From positions 1-45,974 of the forward strand of contig JBJTAU010000268.1 of assembly GCA_046090965.1 (NCBI GenBank): a stretch of DNA of 45,974 nt, in the 5' to 3' direction. The first letter of the stretch is position 1. Each line of letters begins with the position of its first letter. Source of the stretch: Limisphaerales bacterium. Lineage in GTDB: Bacteria; Verrucomicrobiota; Verrucomicrobiia; Limisphaerales; SXTU01. Made by a program: the position numbers and the translations under genes. Positions 9,188-22,840 of the stretch are shown one piece after another. The notes under the pieces were generated by a model. The model saw nothing but the letters and a program-made list of their open reading frames with translations. It searched no databases and had not been told where the DNA came from.

Positions 9188-10270
9188 ATGGATCCTGTTC
9201 GTTCATTCGCCCTTTGCTTTGCGCTCTTTGCGTCCTTTAGCGGCCAAGCCTCCGCCGCCGATGCGCCGCTGACCTTCAACGACCCCGCGCCGAAGCGCTA
9301 CGAACTCACCGCCCGCGCCAGCCAGCTCGACCCGCGCGCGAAGCCGCACCCTGAGATCGAGTTCGTCTTCGAGAAGGACGGCAAACCCGCCGACACCCAG
9401 CACGCCTCGGTGGACACGCGCGTCAAGCCGCAGGGCAAGCTCGTCATCTGGCTCATGGGCCACAGCGCACCGCTGGCCGAGCGCGTGAACAGCTACGGTC
9501 TGCACTTCCTGCGCGTCCACTACGCGAACGGCTGGTTCGGGAAGTTCGGTGGCCAGTCGCCCGGTGACGATGGGCTGCTGCTCGGCAAAATCCGGCTCGA
9601 AGCCGCGACCGGCGAGGACTTCAGCCCGCTGGTGAACATCCCCAAGCCCGACGGCATGATGGAGCGCGCCTTCCAGTTCGTGAAATGGCTCGCGAAGGAA
9701 AACCCCGCCGGGCGCTGGGAATTTTTTCTCACCGACGACAAGTCCGGCTTGCGCTGGGACCGCGTCATCATCAGCGGCAGTTCGCATGGCTCCACCACGG
9801 CGGCGCGCTTCGCCAAGCACGTGAAGGTGGACCGCGTGGTGATGTTCTGCGGCCCGCGTGACCAGGATGAGATGTGGCAGGCGTTGCCCTCCGCCACGCC
9901 CGCGAACCGTTACTTCGGCTTCAGCCACGTGCTCGACGGCGGCTGGTCCGGTGACCACTACTGCCGCTCGTGGGAGTTGCTCGGCCTGCATCAGTTCGGC
10001 CCCATCGTGAACGTGGACAAGACCGCCGCGCCTTACGGCCACTCGCGCCGCCTCATCACCGACGCCGACGTGAAAGGCGATGCGAAGCGCGCGCACAGCT
10101 CCGTCGTGCCCGGGGGTGCCGCGGCAAAGGACAAGGCCGGCAAGTTCCTGCACGAGGACGTGTGGCGCTATCTCTTCACGCAACCCGTCGAGCAGACCGG
10201 CCCCGCCGTCCCGCGCGATCCGGCGTGCAAGGTTCAATCCAAGCCCGCCGCAAAGAAGTCTGCCAAGTGA
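9188..10270 (+). CDS. secreted hypothetical protein, possible alpha/beta hydrolase
   Basis: Signal peptide ...FASFSGQASA; IISGSSHGS resembles a G-x-S-x-G elbow. Family not recognised. Confidence 0.55.
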   Translation: MDPVRSFALCFALFASFSGQASAADAPLTFNDPAPKRYELTARASQLDPRAKPHPEIEFVFEKDGKPADTQHASVDTRVKPQGKLVIWLMGHSAPLAERVNSYGLHFLRVHYANGWFGKFGGQSPGDDGLLLGKIRLEAATGEDFSPLVNIPKPDGMMERAFQFVKWLAKENPAGRWEFFLTDDKSGLRWDRVIISGSSHGSTTAARFAKHVKVDRVVMFCGPRDQDEMWQALPSATPANRYFGFSHVLDGGWSGDHYCRSWELLGLHQFGPIVNVDKTAAPYGHSRRLITDADVKGDAKRAHSSVVPGGAAAKDKAGKFLHEDVWRYLFTQPVEQTGPAVPRDPACKVQSKPAAKKSAK

Positions 10271-10328
10271 GCCGCAGCAATTCCTCCCTTGGCTTCGCAC
10301 GCCGACCCGGTAGAACTCCCTCACAGCT

Positions 10329-11318
10329 ATGAAACGAACCAGCCTTCTCCTCGCCTCCCTTTGGCTGCTCAACAGTCCCGCTTTCGCCGCAGATGCGCCA
10401 AAGAAAACCGACCCAGCCGCCAAGCCCGCTGCGGCTCCGCAGGTTTGGCAGCGGGCACCCACGCAGGCGAACGTCGCCTACGGCACGCACGAGCGGCAGG
10501 TGCTGGATTTCTACCAGGCGGAATCCGCCACGCCCACGCCAGTGGTCTTCCACATCCACGGCGGCGGTTGGGTGGCGGGGGACAAGAAAGGCGTCGCCGG
10601 CTTGGAGAAGTATCTCGCCGCCGGCATCTCGGTGGTCTCGATCAACTACCGCTACAGCACGCAGGCGCAGATTGCCGGCGTGAAGCCGCCGGTCGAATGG
10701 CCCATCGCCGATGCCGCGCGCGCACTCCAGTTTGTCCGCAGCAAGGCGAAGGAATGGAACCTCGACAAGCAGCGCATCGGTGCGACCGGAGGGAGCGCCG
10801 GCGCCTGTTCGTCGCTCTGGCTCGCGTTCCATGCCGACCTCGCCGACGCGAAGAGCGCCGATCCCGTCGCCCGCGAATCCACGCGCCTGTGGTGCGCCGC
10901 AGTTAGCGGGGCGCAGACTTCACTCGACCCGAAGGAGTTGAAGGAGTGGACGCCCAACAGCCGCTACGGTGGCCACGCCTTCGGTTTCATGCCGGACCCG
11001 AAAGACAACAAGACGCGTGACACGCAGTTCGCCGCCTTCCTCGCCGCGCGCGAGTCCGTGCTGCCGTGGATCAAGAAGTATTCCCCCATCGAGCACGTCA
11101 GCAGCGACGACCCGCCCATTTGGATGATTTACTCCACGCCGCCCGCGCTCGGGCAGGAGCACAAAGATCCCACGCACACCGCCAACTACGGCGTGAAGCT
11201 TCAGGAGAAATGCACGCAACTCGGCGTCCCCTGCGAACTGGTCTATCCCGGCGCGCCGGACGTGAAGCACGCCAGGACCGAAGACTTCCTCATCGCCACG
11301 CTCAAGGCGAAGTTGTGA
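10329..11318 (+). CDS. secreted alpha/beta hydrolase (esterase/lipase, HGGG type)
   Basis: Signal peptide, FHIHGGGW oxyanion motif, GATGGSAG nucleophile elbow. Confidence 0.8.
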   Translation: MKRTSLLLASLWLLNSPAFAADAPKKTDPAAKPAAAPQVWQRAPTQANVAYGTHERQVLDFYQAESATPTPVVFHIHGGGWVAGDKKGVAGLEKYLAAGISVVSINYRYSTQAQIAGVKPPVEWPIADAARALQFVRSKAKEWNLDKQRIGATGGSAGACSSLWLAFHADLADAKSADPVARESTRLWCAAVSGAQTSLDPKELKEWTPNSRYGGHAFGFMPDPKDNKTRDTQFAAFLAARESVLPWIKKYSPIEHVSSDDPPIWMIYSTPPALGQEHKDPTHTANYGVKLQEKCTQLGVPCELVYPGAPDVKHARTEDFLIATLKAKL

Positions 11319-11450
11319 CTTGCTGGGTCGCGCCGGGCGAGTATCCCAACCACCACGTCGCGGAGCTCCCGGCCTGCCGCTTCAGCGCCGCCGCGGCGAG
11401 GGGATTGAAGATTGCCTTCCCGACTCGCTCCGACATTCTCACCGCACATT

Positions 11451-13187
11451 ATGAACCAACGTCTTTCGCTGTCCCTGCTTCTCCTCGCCCTCGCCGCTCC
11501 GCTCCGCGCGGCCGATGATTACAAGCCCGGCCCCGACTCCCTCCCGCAGCCGGGCGTGCCCAAGGGCGAGTTGGTCAAGGGCACGTTTGATCAGTCCAAG
11601 GTCTTTCCCGGCACGGTGCGCGACTACACGGTGTATCTGCCCACGCAGCTCGACCGCGCCAAGCCCGCGCCCGTGATGGTCCTGCAGGACGGCGGCGGCT
11701 ACAACGCGACGACGGTCTTCGACAACCTGATTCACAAGAAGGAAATCCCCGCGCTGGTCGGTGTCTTCGTGATGCACGGTCGCGTGAAGGCACCGTCCAC
11801 GAACGCGCTGGACCGCTTCAACCGCAGCTACGAATACGACGGCCTCGGCGGCGACTACGCGAAATTCCTGCTCGATGAGTTGCTGCCGTTCATCGAAGCG
11901 AAGCACGGCGTCAAGCTCTCCCAGAACGGCACGGACCGCGCCATCGGCGGCGCGAGCAGCGGGGCGATCGCGGCGTTCACGGTGGCGTGGGAGCAGCCCG
12001 AGGCGTTCACGCGCGTGTTCAGCGCCATCGGCACTTACGTCGGCCTGCGCGGCGGGAATGTTTATCCCACGATCATCCGCAAGTATGAGCCCAAGGCCAT
12101 CCGCGTGTATCTCCAGGACGGCAGCGCGGACCAGAACATCTACGGCGGCGATTGGTGGAAGGCCAACGAGGAAATGGAGCGTGCGCTCAAGTTCGCCGGC
12201 TACGAAGTCGAGCACGCGTGGGGCGACGGCGGCCACAACGGCAAGCACGCCACGGCGATTTTCCCCGACGCGTTGCGCTGGCTCTGGAAGGACTGGCCCG
12301 CGTTGCCGAAGGCCGGCCTTGGCTCGCCGCAGTTGAAGGAAATCCTCGTGCCCGGCGCGGACTGGCAGCTCGTCGCCGAGGGCTACAAGTTCACCGAAGG
12401 CCCGACGGCCAACGCGGCGGGCGAGGTTTTTTACAACGACGTGCCGAACAGCAAGACCTACCGGGTCGGCGCCGCCGGCAAGGTGAGCGTGGTCCGCGCC
12501 GAGACGAAGAAGGGCGACGGCCAGCGTTTCGGTCCCGACGGGCGGCTTTACGCTGTCGCGGGTGGCGTCGAGCAAATCCTCGCTTACGACGCGAGCGGTG
12601 CGGTGACGAAAATCGCCGAGGGGTTTCGCGGCAACGACCTCGTGGTCGCCAACAACGGAAACATCTACGTGACCGACCCAAACTGGACCGGCGCGAACAC
12701 CAACACGAGCAAGGTCTGGCTCATCAAGCCGGACGGCACGAAGCAGGTTGTGGACACGGGCCTCAAGTTCTCGAACGGCGTCACGCTCTCGCCCGACCAG
12801 ACGCTGCTCTACGTGGCGGACAGCCGGTCGCACTGGGTTTACAGCTACCAGATCAAGGCGGACGGCACGCTCCAGCACAAGCAGCGTTACTTTCACCTCC
12901 ACATGCCCGACACGGCGGACGACAGCGGTGCGGACGGCCTCCGCACGGACCGCGATGGCCGGCTCTGGGTCGCCACGCGCCTCGGCCTGCAAGTCTGCGA
13001 TCAGGCGGGCCGTGTGAACTGCATCATCCCCACGCCCAACGGCAAGTGCAGCAACCTGACCTTCGGCGGCCCGAACGGCGACGTGCTCTACGTGACGGCA
13101 GGGGACAAGGTCTTTAAGCGTCAACTCAAGGTGAAGGGCGCGGATCACGCATTGAAGCCCATCAAGCCCGTCGCGCCGCGGCTGTAA
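11451..13187 (+). CDS. fusion of putative esterase (PF00756-like) and SMP-30/gluconolactonase/LRE-like beta-propeller
   Basis: ATG 11451 gives signal peptide MNQRLSLSLLLLALAAPLRA. The N-terminal half has GGASSGA (esterase). The C-terminal half has FTEGP...NGVTLSPDQTLLYVADS...DGLRTDRDGRLWVA, typical of gluconolactonase-like propellers. Confidence 0.8.
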   Translation: MNQRLSLSLLLLALAAPLRAADDYKPGPDSLPQPGVPKGELVKGTFDQSKVFPGTVRDYTVYLPTQLDRAKPAPVMVLQDGGGYNATTVFDNLIHKKEIPALVGVFVMHGRVKAPSTNALDRFNRSYEYDGLGGDYAKFLLDELLPFIEAKHGVKLSQNGTDRAIGGASSGAIAAFTVAWEQPEAFTRVFSAIGTYVGLRGGNVYPTIIRKYEPKAIRVYLQDGSADQNIYGGDWWKANEEMERALKFAGYEVEHAWGDGGHNGKHATAIFPDALRWLWKDWPALPKAGLGSPQLKEILVPGADWQLVAEGYKFTEGPTANAAGEVFYNDVPNSKTYRVGAAGKVSVVRAETKKGDGQRFGPDGRLYAVAGGVEQILAYDASGAVTKIAEGFRGNDLVVANNGNIYVTDPNWTGANTNTSKVWLIKPDGTKQVVDTGLKFSNGVTLSPDQTLLYVADSRSHWVYSYQIKADGTLQHKQRYFHLHMPDTADDSGADGLRTDRDGRLWVATRLGLQVCDQAGRVNCIIPTPNGKCSNLTFGGPNGDVLYVTAGDKVFKRQLKVKGADHALKPIKPVAPRL

Positions 13188-13323
13188 TCAGTCTCTCCAC
13201 TGCGCTGCGCAGGCCGTTGAAATAATTCCGGAACCCGGCTTGTCTTCCATGCTATGGTCCCCACAGACCGCCGTGCCACCGAAGGTCGGCGTTGAGCGAA
13301 CTCGAACTCAAACCGCATCAGCC

Positions 13324-13755
13324 ATGCATGCCTCCTCCGCCTCCTCTGCCCCTGCCCAGCGCGCCACCCTGTTGTTGGCGGGGCTGCTCGTCCTCGTCCT
13401 GCGCATCAGGCCCACCCGCCCAGCCGGCGCCGCTGAGGTGCCGGTGACCCAGTCTTGGTCTGGCAATTGGAACTACCGCAAATACAACACCACCGGCGCG
13501 CTCACCTGCACGGTCGTCGGCGAGCAGAACGGCCAGTGGATCGCCAAGTTCACCGGCACGGCGCTGGGCAAACCCATCAGCTACACCGCGCTGATGACGC
13601 CCAAGGCCAGCGGGACCGACACCGCGCTGTCGGGCACGACCAAGGTGGACGGGTTCGATTATCAGTGGTCAGCGACGTTGGCTGGCAAGTCGCTCAACGG
13701 CTCCTACCGCGCCTCGAACGGCAACAACGGCGAGTTCCGACTGCAACCTAAGTGA
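13324..13755 (+). CDS. small secreted hypothetical protein
   Basis: ATG 13324 within track ORF 13240-13755. Hydrophobic LLLAGLLVLVL segment, then Thr/Gly-rich beta-like sequence. No family recognised. Confidence 0.45.
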   Translation: MHASSASSAPAQRATLLLAGLLVLVLRIRPTRPAGAAEVPVTQSWSGNWNYRKYNTTGALTCTVVGEQNGQWIAKFTGTALGKPISYTALMTPKASGTDTALSGTTKVDGFDYQWSATLAGKSLNGSYRASNGNNGEFRLQPK

Positions 13756-13779
13756 GCTGGCGCGCCGCTACTTCCGCCA

Positions 13780-16443
<2,664 letters not shown>

Positions 16444-16524
16444 GGGTGAAGTGTGCGGCGAGTTTGCGAGCGGCAGGCTGGCAGTTCAATCTAAATTCGA
16501 GTCTGACGCATTGACCAAGACGCC

Positions 16525-16553
16525 TTGAGCCGTCTCCGGCCGGCTGCTAGGTT
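16525..16553 (+). promoter_or_regulatory. candidate promoter, leaderless geometry
   Basis: TTGAGC (16525-16530), 17 nt, TAGGTT (16548-16553), 6 nt, then ATG 16560. Confidence 0.4.
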
Positions 16554-16559
16554 GCGCCC

Positions 16560-18140
16560 ATGCGTCCCGTCTCTCGCGGCAGCCTTGCTGCGCTCGCGCT
16601 GGCCTTTGGAATGAACGTGTTCGCCACCCGCGCCGCCGAGCGCCCGCCGAACATCCTCTTCGCCATCGCCGATGACTGGGGCGCGCACGCCAGCGCCTAC
16701 GGGACGAAGTGGGTCAAGACGCCGCACTTCGATCGCGTGGCGAAGGCCGGCCTGCTCTTCACGCGCGCCTTCACGCCCAACGCCAAGTGCGCGCCGTCGC
16801 GCGCGTGCATCCTCACGGGCCGCAACTCCTGGCAGCTCGAAGCGGCGGCGAACCACATCTGTTTTTTCCCGCCGAAGTTCAAGGGCTGGGGCGAGGCGCT
16901 CGCGGAGCACGGCTGGTTCGTCGGGCACACGATGAAGGGCTGGGGCCCGGGCGTGGCGACGAACGCACTGGGCCAGCCGCGTCTGATGACCGGCAAAGCG
17001 TTTAACGAGCGCAAGGCCGCGCCACCCACGAGCGGCATCGCGAACAACGACTACGCCGCTAACTTCACCGACTTCCTCGACGCGACCAAGCCGGATCAGC
17101 CGTGGTGCTTCTGGTATGGCGCGGTCGAGCCGCATCGCGGCTACGAGTTCGGCTCCGGAGTGGCGAAGGGCGGGAAGAAACTCACCGACATCGACCGCGT
17201 GCCGGCGTATTGGCCGGACAACGAAACCGTGCGCAACGACATGCTCGACTACGCGTTCGAGGTCGAGCACTTCGACCGGCACCTCGGCCGGATGCTCGCG
17301 GAGTTGGAGCGGCGCGGCCTGCTCGCGAACACGCTCGTCATCGTCACGTCCGACCACGGCTGGCCTGTCCCGCGCGGCAAGGGCAGCGCCTACGAAGCCT
17401 CGAACCACGTGCCCTTCGCCGCGATGTGGCCGCGCGGCATCAAGACTCCTGGCCGCGTGGTGGATGACTACGTGAGCTTCATCGACCTCGCGCCGACGTT
17501 TCTCGAACTCGCCGGCCTGCCGTTGGAAAAGTCCGGTTTGGCCGCGAGTCCGGGCCGCAGTCTCACCGACGTTTTCCGCTCGGAAAAATCCGGCCGCGTG
17601 AACCCTGCGCGTGACCACGTGCTCATCGGCATGGAGCGGCACGACATCGGCCGACCCGGCGACGTGGGCTATCCCATCCGCGGCATCCTCAAGGACGACG
17701 TGCTCTTCCTGCAAAACTTCGAGCCGTCGCGCTGGCCCGCGTGCAATCCCGAGACCGGTTACCTCAACGTGGATGCCAGCCCGACGAAGTCCTTCATCCT
17801 CGACGCGCACCGACAGAGTTCCGGCGACATCCCGTGGGCGCTCGCGTGTGGCAAGCGACCGGCGGAGGACTTTTCCGATCTGCGCAAAGACCCCGACGCC
17901 GTCGCGAATCTCGCCGCGAGCGAAGCCGCGAAGCCACTGCTTGCCGCGCTCAAGGCCCAACTCCACGCTGAACTGAAGGCACAAGGCGACCCGCGCATGG
18001 AAGGTAAAGGCGAGCTCTTCGACCAATACCCGCACGCGAACAAAGGCCACGTCGGCTTCTACGAGCGCTACATGAAAGGCGAGAAGCTCAAGGCGGGCTG
18101 GGTAAACCCAACCGACTTCGAGAAGAAACCGCTGGACTAG
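16560..18140 (+). CDS. formylglycine-dependent sulfatase (N-sulfoglucosamine/heparan sulfatase-like)
   Basis: Signal peptide, [11 protein letters not shown], and the C-x-P-x-R motif in [15 protein letters not shown]. Confidence 0.9.
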   Translation: MRPVSRGSLAALALAFGMNVFATRAAERPPNILFAIADDWGAHASAYGTKWVKTPHFDRVAKAGLLFTRAFTPNAKCAPSRACILTGRNSWQLEAAANHICFFPPKFKGWGEALAEHGWFVGHTMKGWGPGVATNALGQPRLMTGKAFNERKAAPPTSGIANNDYAANFTDFLDATKPDQPWCFWYGAVEPHRGYEFGSGVAKGGKKLTDIDRVPAYWPDNETVRNDMLDYAFEVEHFDRHLGRMLAELERRGLLANTLVIVTSDHGWPVPRGKGSAYEASNHVPFAAMWPRGIKTPGRVVDDYVSFIDLAPTFLELAGLPLEKSGLAASPGRSLTDVFRSEKSGRVNPARDHVLIGMERHDIGRPGDVGYPIRGILKDDVLFLQNFEPSRWPACNPETGYLNVDASPTKSFILDAHRQSSGDIPWALACGKRPAEDFSDLRKDPDAVANLAASEAAKPLLAALKAQLHAELKAQGDPRMEGKGELFDQYPHANKGHVGFYERYMKGEKLKAGWVNPTDFEKKPLD

Positions 18141-18187
18141 CTTGTGGAGCCAAACTGAAGTGAATCTGCCGTTACGAAGACCGTGTC

Positions 18188-18256
18188 GCGCGAAGGAGGC
18201 GAAGGAAGAGATGAAGCGAACCCGCTCCCCCTTCGCTCCCTTCGCGGTCTTCGCGC
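18188..18256. repeat. imperfect hairpin of GCGAAGG-type tandem units
   Basis: CGCGAAGGAGGCGAAGGAAGAG (18189-18210) pairs with CTCCCCCTTCGCTCCCTTCGCG (18225-18246); an extra CTTCGCGC at 18249-18256 can pair with GCGCGAAG at 18188-18195. Confidence 0.7.
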
Positions 18257-18282
18257 AACCCCATCGATGCACTGTTAACCAC

Positions 18283-19257
18283 ATGAAACTCAGCGCTTTT
18301 GGTTGCTGCGCCTTTGTGTTCTTTGCGCTCCTTTGCGGAATTGGCCTTTCCGCCGAGACGAAGAAGTCGGCCAAGTCCAACCAGACTAACACCGACGACA
18401 TGTGGGTCGCGAAGCCGCTGCCCGCCAGCTTTCCGACCAACGTCACGCATCACACCTATCGCAGCGCCGCGATGCAGCACGACGTCGGATACTGCATCTA
18501 CCTCCCACCCAGCTATGCGAAGGACACCGCACGCCGCTATCCCGTGATCTACAACCTCCACGGCGCGGGCGGCAACGAGACGCGGGCACTCTTCTCCGCT
18601 GAGGTGCTGCACGCCGGCATCCTCGCAGGCCAGTGGCCGGAGCTGATCATGGTCTTCCCCAACGGCGGGCGCGGCACGATGTATCAGGACTCCGCCGATG
18701 GGCGCTTCCCGGCCGAAACCACCTTCGTGAAGGAGTTGATGCCACACATTGATGCGACCTACCGCACCATCGCGGACCGCCGGGGCCGGTGCATCGAAGG
18801 CTTCTCGATGGGCGGACGCGGCTCGACCCATCTCGCGATGCGCCACCCGCAGCTCTTCTGCTCACTCTTCAACCAAGCGGGGAACGTCTATCACGCTGCT
18901 GAGCTGGCGAAAACCGTTTCACCGAGCGAATGGCCGGTGAACTATCTCGGCACCGACGTCGCGCACCTGCTGGCCAACGACCCGTTTGCGAACCTCACGA
19001 AGAACCTCACCGCCATCAAGGCGAACCTCCGTATCCAGGTCGCGTGCGGCACGGCGGACGACGGTCACTTGCCCACCGTCCGCGAATACCACGCGGCGCT
19101 GACGAAGGCGGGCGTCGAACACACTTACTGGGAAGTCGAGGGCCTCGGCCACAACCAGCGCAAGATGATCGAGGGCCGCCGCGCCACCTGGTTCGACTTC
19201 CATGTCGAATCGCTGCGACAGGCGGGCGCGGAACTGCGCTATTGGAACAAGCCCTGA
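18283..19257 (+). CDS. secreted putative esterase (PF00756 / esterase D-like)
   Basis: ATG 18283 gives signal peptide MKLSAFGCCAFVFFALLCG. YPVIYNLHGAGG and GFSMGG nucleophile elbow. Confidence 0.8.
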   Translation: MKLSAFGCCAFVFFALLCGIGLSAETKKSAKSNQTNTDDMWVAKPLPASFPTNVTHHTYRSAAMQHDVGYCIYLPPSYAKDTARRYPVIYNLHGAGGNETRALFSAEVLHAGILAGQWPELIMVFPNGGRGTMYQDSADGRFPAETTFVKELMPHIDATYRTIADRRGRCIEGFSMGGRGSTHLAMRHPQLFCSLFNQAGNVYHAAELAKTVSPSEWPVNYLGTDVAHLLANDPFANLTKNLTAIKANLRIQVACGTADDGHLPTVREYHAALTKAGVEHTYWEVEGLGHNQRKMIEGRRATWFDFHVESLRQAGAELRYWNKP

Positions 19258-19279
19258 TCGGAGAGGAGGACGGCAGGAT

Positions 19280-20272
<993 letters not shown>

Positions 20273-20275
20273 ACT

Positions 20276-20353
20276 CGTGGTGCGTGGTGCGTGGTGCGTG
20301 AAAAAGCAGGAGCACTCCAAGCCCTGCGCACGCACCACGCACCACGCGCCACG
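20276..20353. repeat. hairpin of GTGGTGC heptamer repeats
   Basis: CGTGGTGCGTGGTGCGTGGTGCGTG (20276-20300) pairs with CGCACGCACCACGCACCACGCGCCACG (20327-20353). 24 of 25 positions are complementary and the loop is 26 nt. Confidence 0.85.
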
Positions 20354-20405
20354 CTGGCTTCGCCAAGCCGGGCGCGACCGTCGTCAAAGTGTCGTTCTTC
20401 GCGGC

Positions 20406-21932
20406 TCACAACACCCTCATCACGATGCACGTCACGTCGTCCTGCTGCTCGGCGCCCTTGCAGAACTCGCGCACGGCGAGGTAGAGCGCGTCCACGATGC
20501 GCGCGGCGGATTGGTCCCGGTTCGCGCGCAGCACGGCCAGCATCCGGTCGGTGCCAAACATCTCGTCGCCCGGCCCCATTGCCTCCTCGATGCCGTCGGT
20601 GAGCAGCAACGCGATTTCCCCCGGGTGCAGCGCCACCGGCGGTGCGTTGCGATACTCGGTGTTGGGTCGCATTCCGAGCGGAACACCGGTGCGACGCAAC
20701 TCCATCCGGACACTGCCGTCCGGAGCGAGGAGGTAGCCGGGCGGGTGACCGGCGCTGACGTAGGTGAGCCTGCGCTCCGACGAATCAAGCCGGCCGAGAA
20801 ACAAAGTCACGAACCGCTCCGAACCGATGTCCTCGGCCAGCGCGACGTTCGTGCGTGTGAGCACATCGCCGGGGTCGGCGCGGTTCAGGCCGGCGATACG
20901 CACGTAGGCACGCGTCTCGGCCATCAGTAGCGCGGGGCCGATGCCGTGCCCCGTCACGTCGCCGACCACAAGGCCGAGACCATTGTCCGCCATCGGGACG
21001 AAGTCGAAGTAGTCACCGCCCGCCGCCGCTGCCGGGAAGCTCGCGCCGGCGATGTCAAAGCTGGGCAAGTGCGGCGCCGCCTTCGGGAACAAGTGCGACT
21101 GGATCTCACGCGCGACGCGGAACTGCTCGGCGTGCTCCAGCAACTCGCGGCGGTTGCGCTCGCGCTCGGTGATGTCGCGGATGAAGGCGACGAACAGCCG
21201 CTGGCCGCCGAGTTCCATGTCGTTGAAGGCCAGTTCCAGCAGCACTTCGGAGCCGTCCTTTTTCAAGCCAGCAGTTTCCAGTGTGCGGCGCTGCGCGGTG
21301 GTGACGACCTGCCCGTGCCTTTGAAACGCAGTGTCCGAGGTCGCCCGCAGCTTCTCCGGCAGGAGCATCGAGAAGTTCTTTCCGACCAGTTCCGTGGGCG
21401 CGTAGCCGAAGATGCCCTGCACCGCCGGGTTGGCGAAGAGGATGTCGCTCTTGGTGTCCATCAGCAGGATGGCATCCGTGGCGGTCTCCCACAGCAGACG
21501 GTAGCGCTGCTCGCTCTCGCGCACCTCGGCCTCGGCCTTGTGACGGGCCTTGCGGACGGCGGCGTCGCGGAGTTCGCGCTCCACAGCGGGCACGAGCCGC
21601 GCGAGGTTGCCCTTCATCAGGTAATCGTTCGCGCCGGACTTCATCGCCGCGACGGCGATGTCCTCACCGATGCCGCCGGAGACGATGATGAACGGGAGGT
21701 CGAGCTTGGTGGCCTGAAGCAGTTGGAGCGCGAGCGTGGCGTTGAAGCCGGGGAGGTTGTAGTCGGAAAGGACGAGGTCCCACTCCTTCTCCGTGAGCGC
21801 GCGGCCCATGTCGTCGGCGGTTTGGACGCGCTCGTAAGTGGTCGCGTAGCCGCCGCGGTCCAGCAGGCGGACCAGCATCTTGGCGTCGAACTCAGAGTCC
21901 TCGACCACGAGGACGCGCAAGGGCTGTTTCAT
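20406..21932 (-). CDS. response regulator receiver - PAS - PP2C/SpoIIE phosphatase (RsbU-like)
   Basis: N-terminal REC (VLVVEDSEFD...DLVLSDYNLPG...K), central PAS, C-terminal SpoIIE-type PP2C (GDYFDF...VVGDVTGHG...LLTDGI). Confidence 0.9.
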   Translation of the reverse strand: MKQPLRVLVVEDSEFDAKMLVRLLDRGGYATTYERVQTADDMGRALTEKEWDLVLSDYNLPGFNATLALQLLQATKLDLPFIIVSGGIGEDIAVAAMKSGANDYLMKGNLARLVPAVERELRDAAVRKARHKAEAEVRESEQRYRLLWETATDAILLMDTKSDILFANPAVQGIFGYAPTELVGKNFSMLLPEKLRATSDTAFQRHGQVVTTAQRRTLETAGLKKDGSEVLLELAFNDMELGGQRLFVAFIRDITERERNRRELLEHAEQFRVAREIQSHLFPKAAPHLPSFDIAGASFPAAAAGGDYFDFVPMADNGLGLVVGDVTGHGIGPALLMAETRAYVRIAGLNRADPGDVLTRTNVALAEDIGSERFVTLFLGRLDSSERRLTYVSAGHPPGYLLAPDGSVRMELRRTGVPLGMRPNTEYRNAPPVALHPGEIALLLTDGIEEAMGPGDEMFGTDRMLAVLRANRDQSAARIVDALYLAVREFCKGAEQQDDVTCIVMRVL

Positions 21933-21952
21933 GGCGGCAGCGTAAGCGAAAC

Positions 21953-22756
21953 TCAGGTGCCTAACAACTCCCGCGCCTTCGCGCCGAGGTCGGCCTCGCG
22001 CATGAGGGATTCGCCCACAAGGATGGCACGGGCGCCGGCGCGCTTGAGCCGCAGGACATCCGCACGTGAGTGAATGCCGCTCTCGGCGACCAGCAGCGCG
22101 GCGTGGTGCGTGCCGGGACCGGAGAAGAGCCGGGTGGCGATGCGCTCGGTAGTGGCCATGTCCACGGTGAAGGACTTGAGGTCGCGGTTGTTCACTCCGA
22201 TGAGCGTCGCGCCGGCGGCGAGGGCTCGCTCCAACTCGGCTTCGTCATGCACTTCCACGAGCGCGGTCAGGCCGGACTCAGTGGCGAGCTGATTGAACTC
22301 GCGAAGCTGGCGGTCGTCGAGAATCGCAACGATGAGCAGGATGGCATCCGCGCCCCACTGGACAGCCTCGCGGATTTGCCGGGCATCAATGATGAAGTCC
22401 TTGCGCAGGAGCGGCAGGTCCACGGCGGCGCGGATGGCGGCGAGGTAATCGAGCGAGCCTTGGAAGAACTTCTCATCCGTCAACACCGAGAGGCAGCTCG
22501 CGCCTGCCGCCTGATACTCCAAGGCAATCTTCACCGGGTCGAAGTCCGCACGGATGACGCCCTTGGAGGGCGAAGCCTTCTTCACCTCGGCAATGAGCGC
22601 GACGTCGCCACATCGGGGCTTGCGCAGCGCAGCGAAAAAGTCGCGCAGGCCGCGCTGCCTTAGCGCCGTGCGCAACTCAGCAGCCGTCACCGGCTCGTTC
22701 GGGAGCCTAGCGATTTCGAGCCGCTTCTGGGCGACGATGGTGTCGAGGATGGACAC
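21953..22756 (-). CDS. trpC: indole-3-glycerol phosphate synthase
   Basis: GTG start, 267 aa. ILDTIVAQKRLEI...IAEVKKASPSKGVIR...LRKDFIID...EVH...IGVNNRDL motifs. Confidence 0.93.
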   Translation of the reverse strand: MSILDTIVAQKRLEIARLPNEPVTAAELRTALRQRGLRDFFAALRKPRCGDVALIAEVKKASPSKGVIRADFDPVKIALEYQAAGASCLSVLTDEKFFQGSLDYLAAIRAAVDLPLLRKDFIIDARQIREAVQWGADAILLIVAILDDRQLREFNQLATESGLTALVEVHDEAELERALAAGATLIGVNNRDLKSFTVDMATTERIATRLFSGPGTHHAALLVAESGIHSRADVLRLKRAGARAILVGESLMREADLGAKARELLGT

Positions 22757-22760
22757 AGGG

Positions 22761-22840
22761 GTTAGTAATTAGTGTTTAGTGATTAGTAGCGAGGAGTCGT
22801 GGGCGCTGCCAGCGCGGACTAAATACTAAGCACTAATTAC
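22761..22840. repeat. hairpin of TTAGTGA-type heptamer repeats
   Basis: GTTAGTAATTAGTGTTTAGTGATTAGT (22761-22787) pairs with ACTAAATACTAAGCACTAATTAC (22818-22840). The right arm contains the prfB stop codon (22837-22839). The left arm starts 5 nt upstream of the trpC GTG. Confidence 0.8.
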
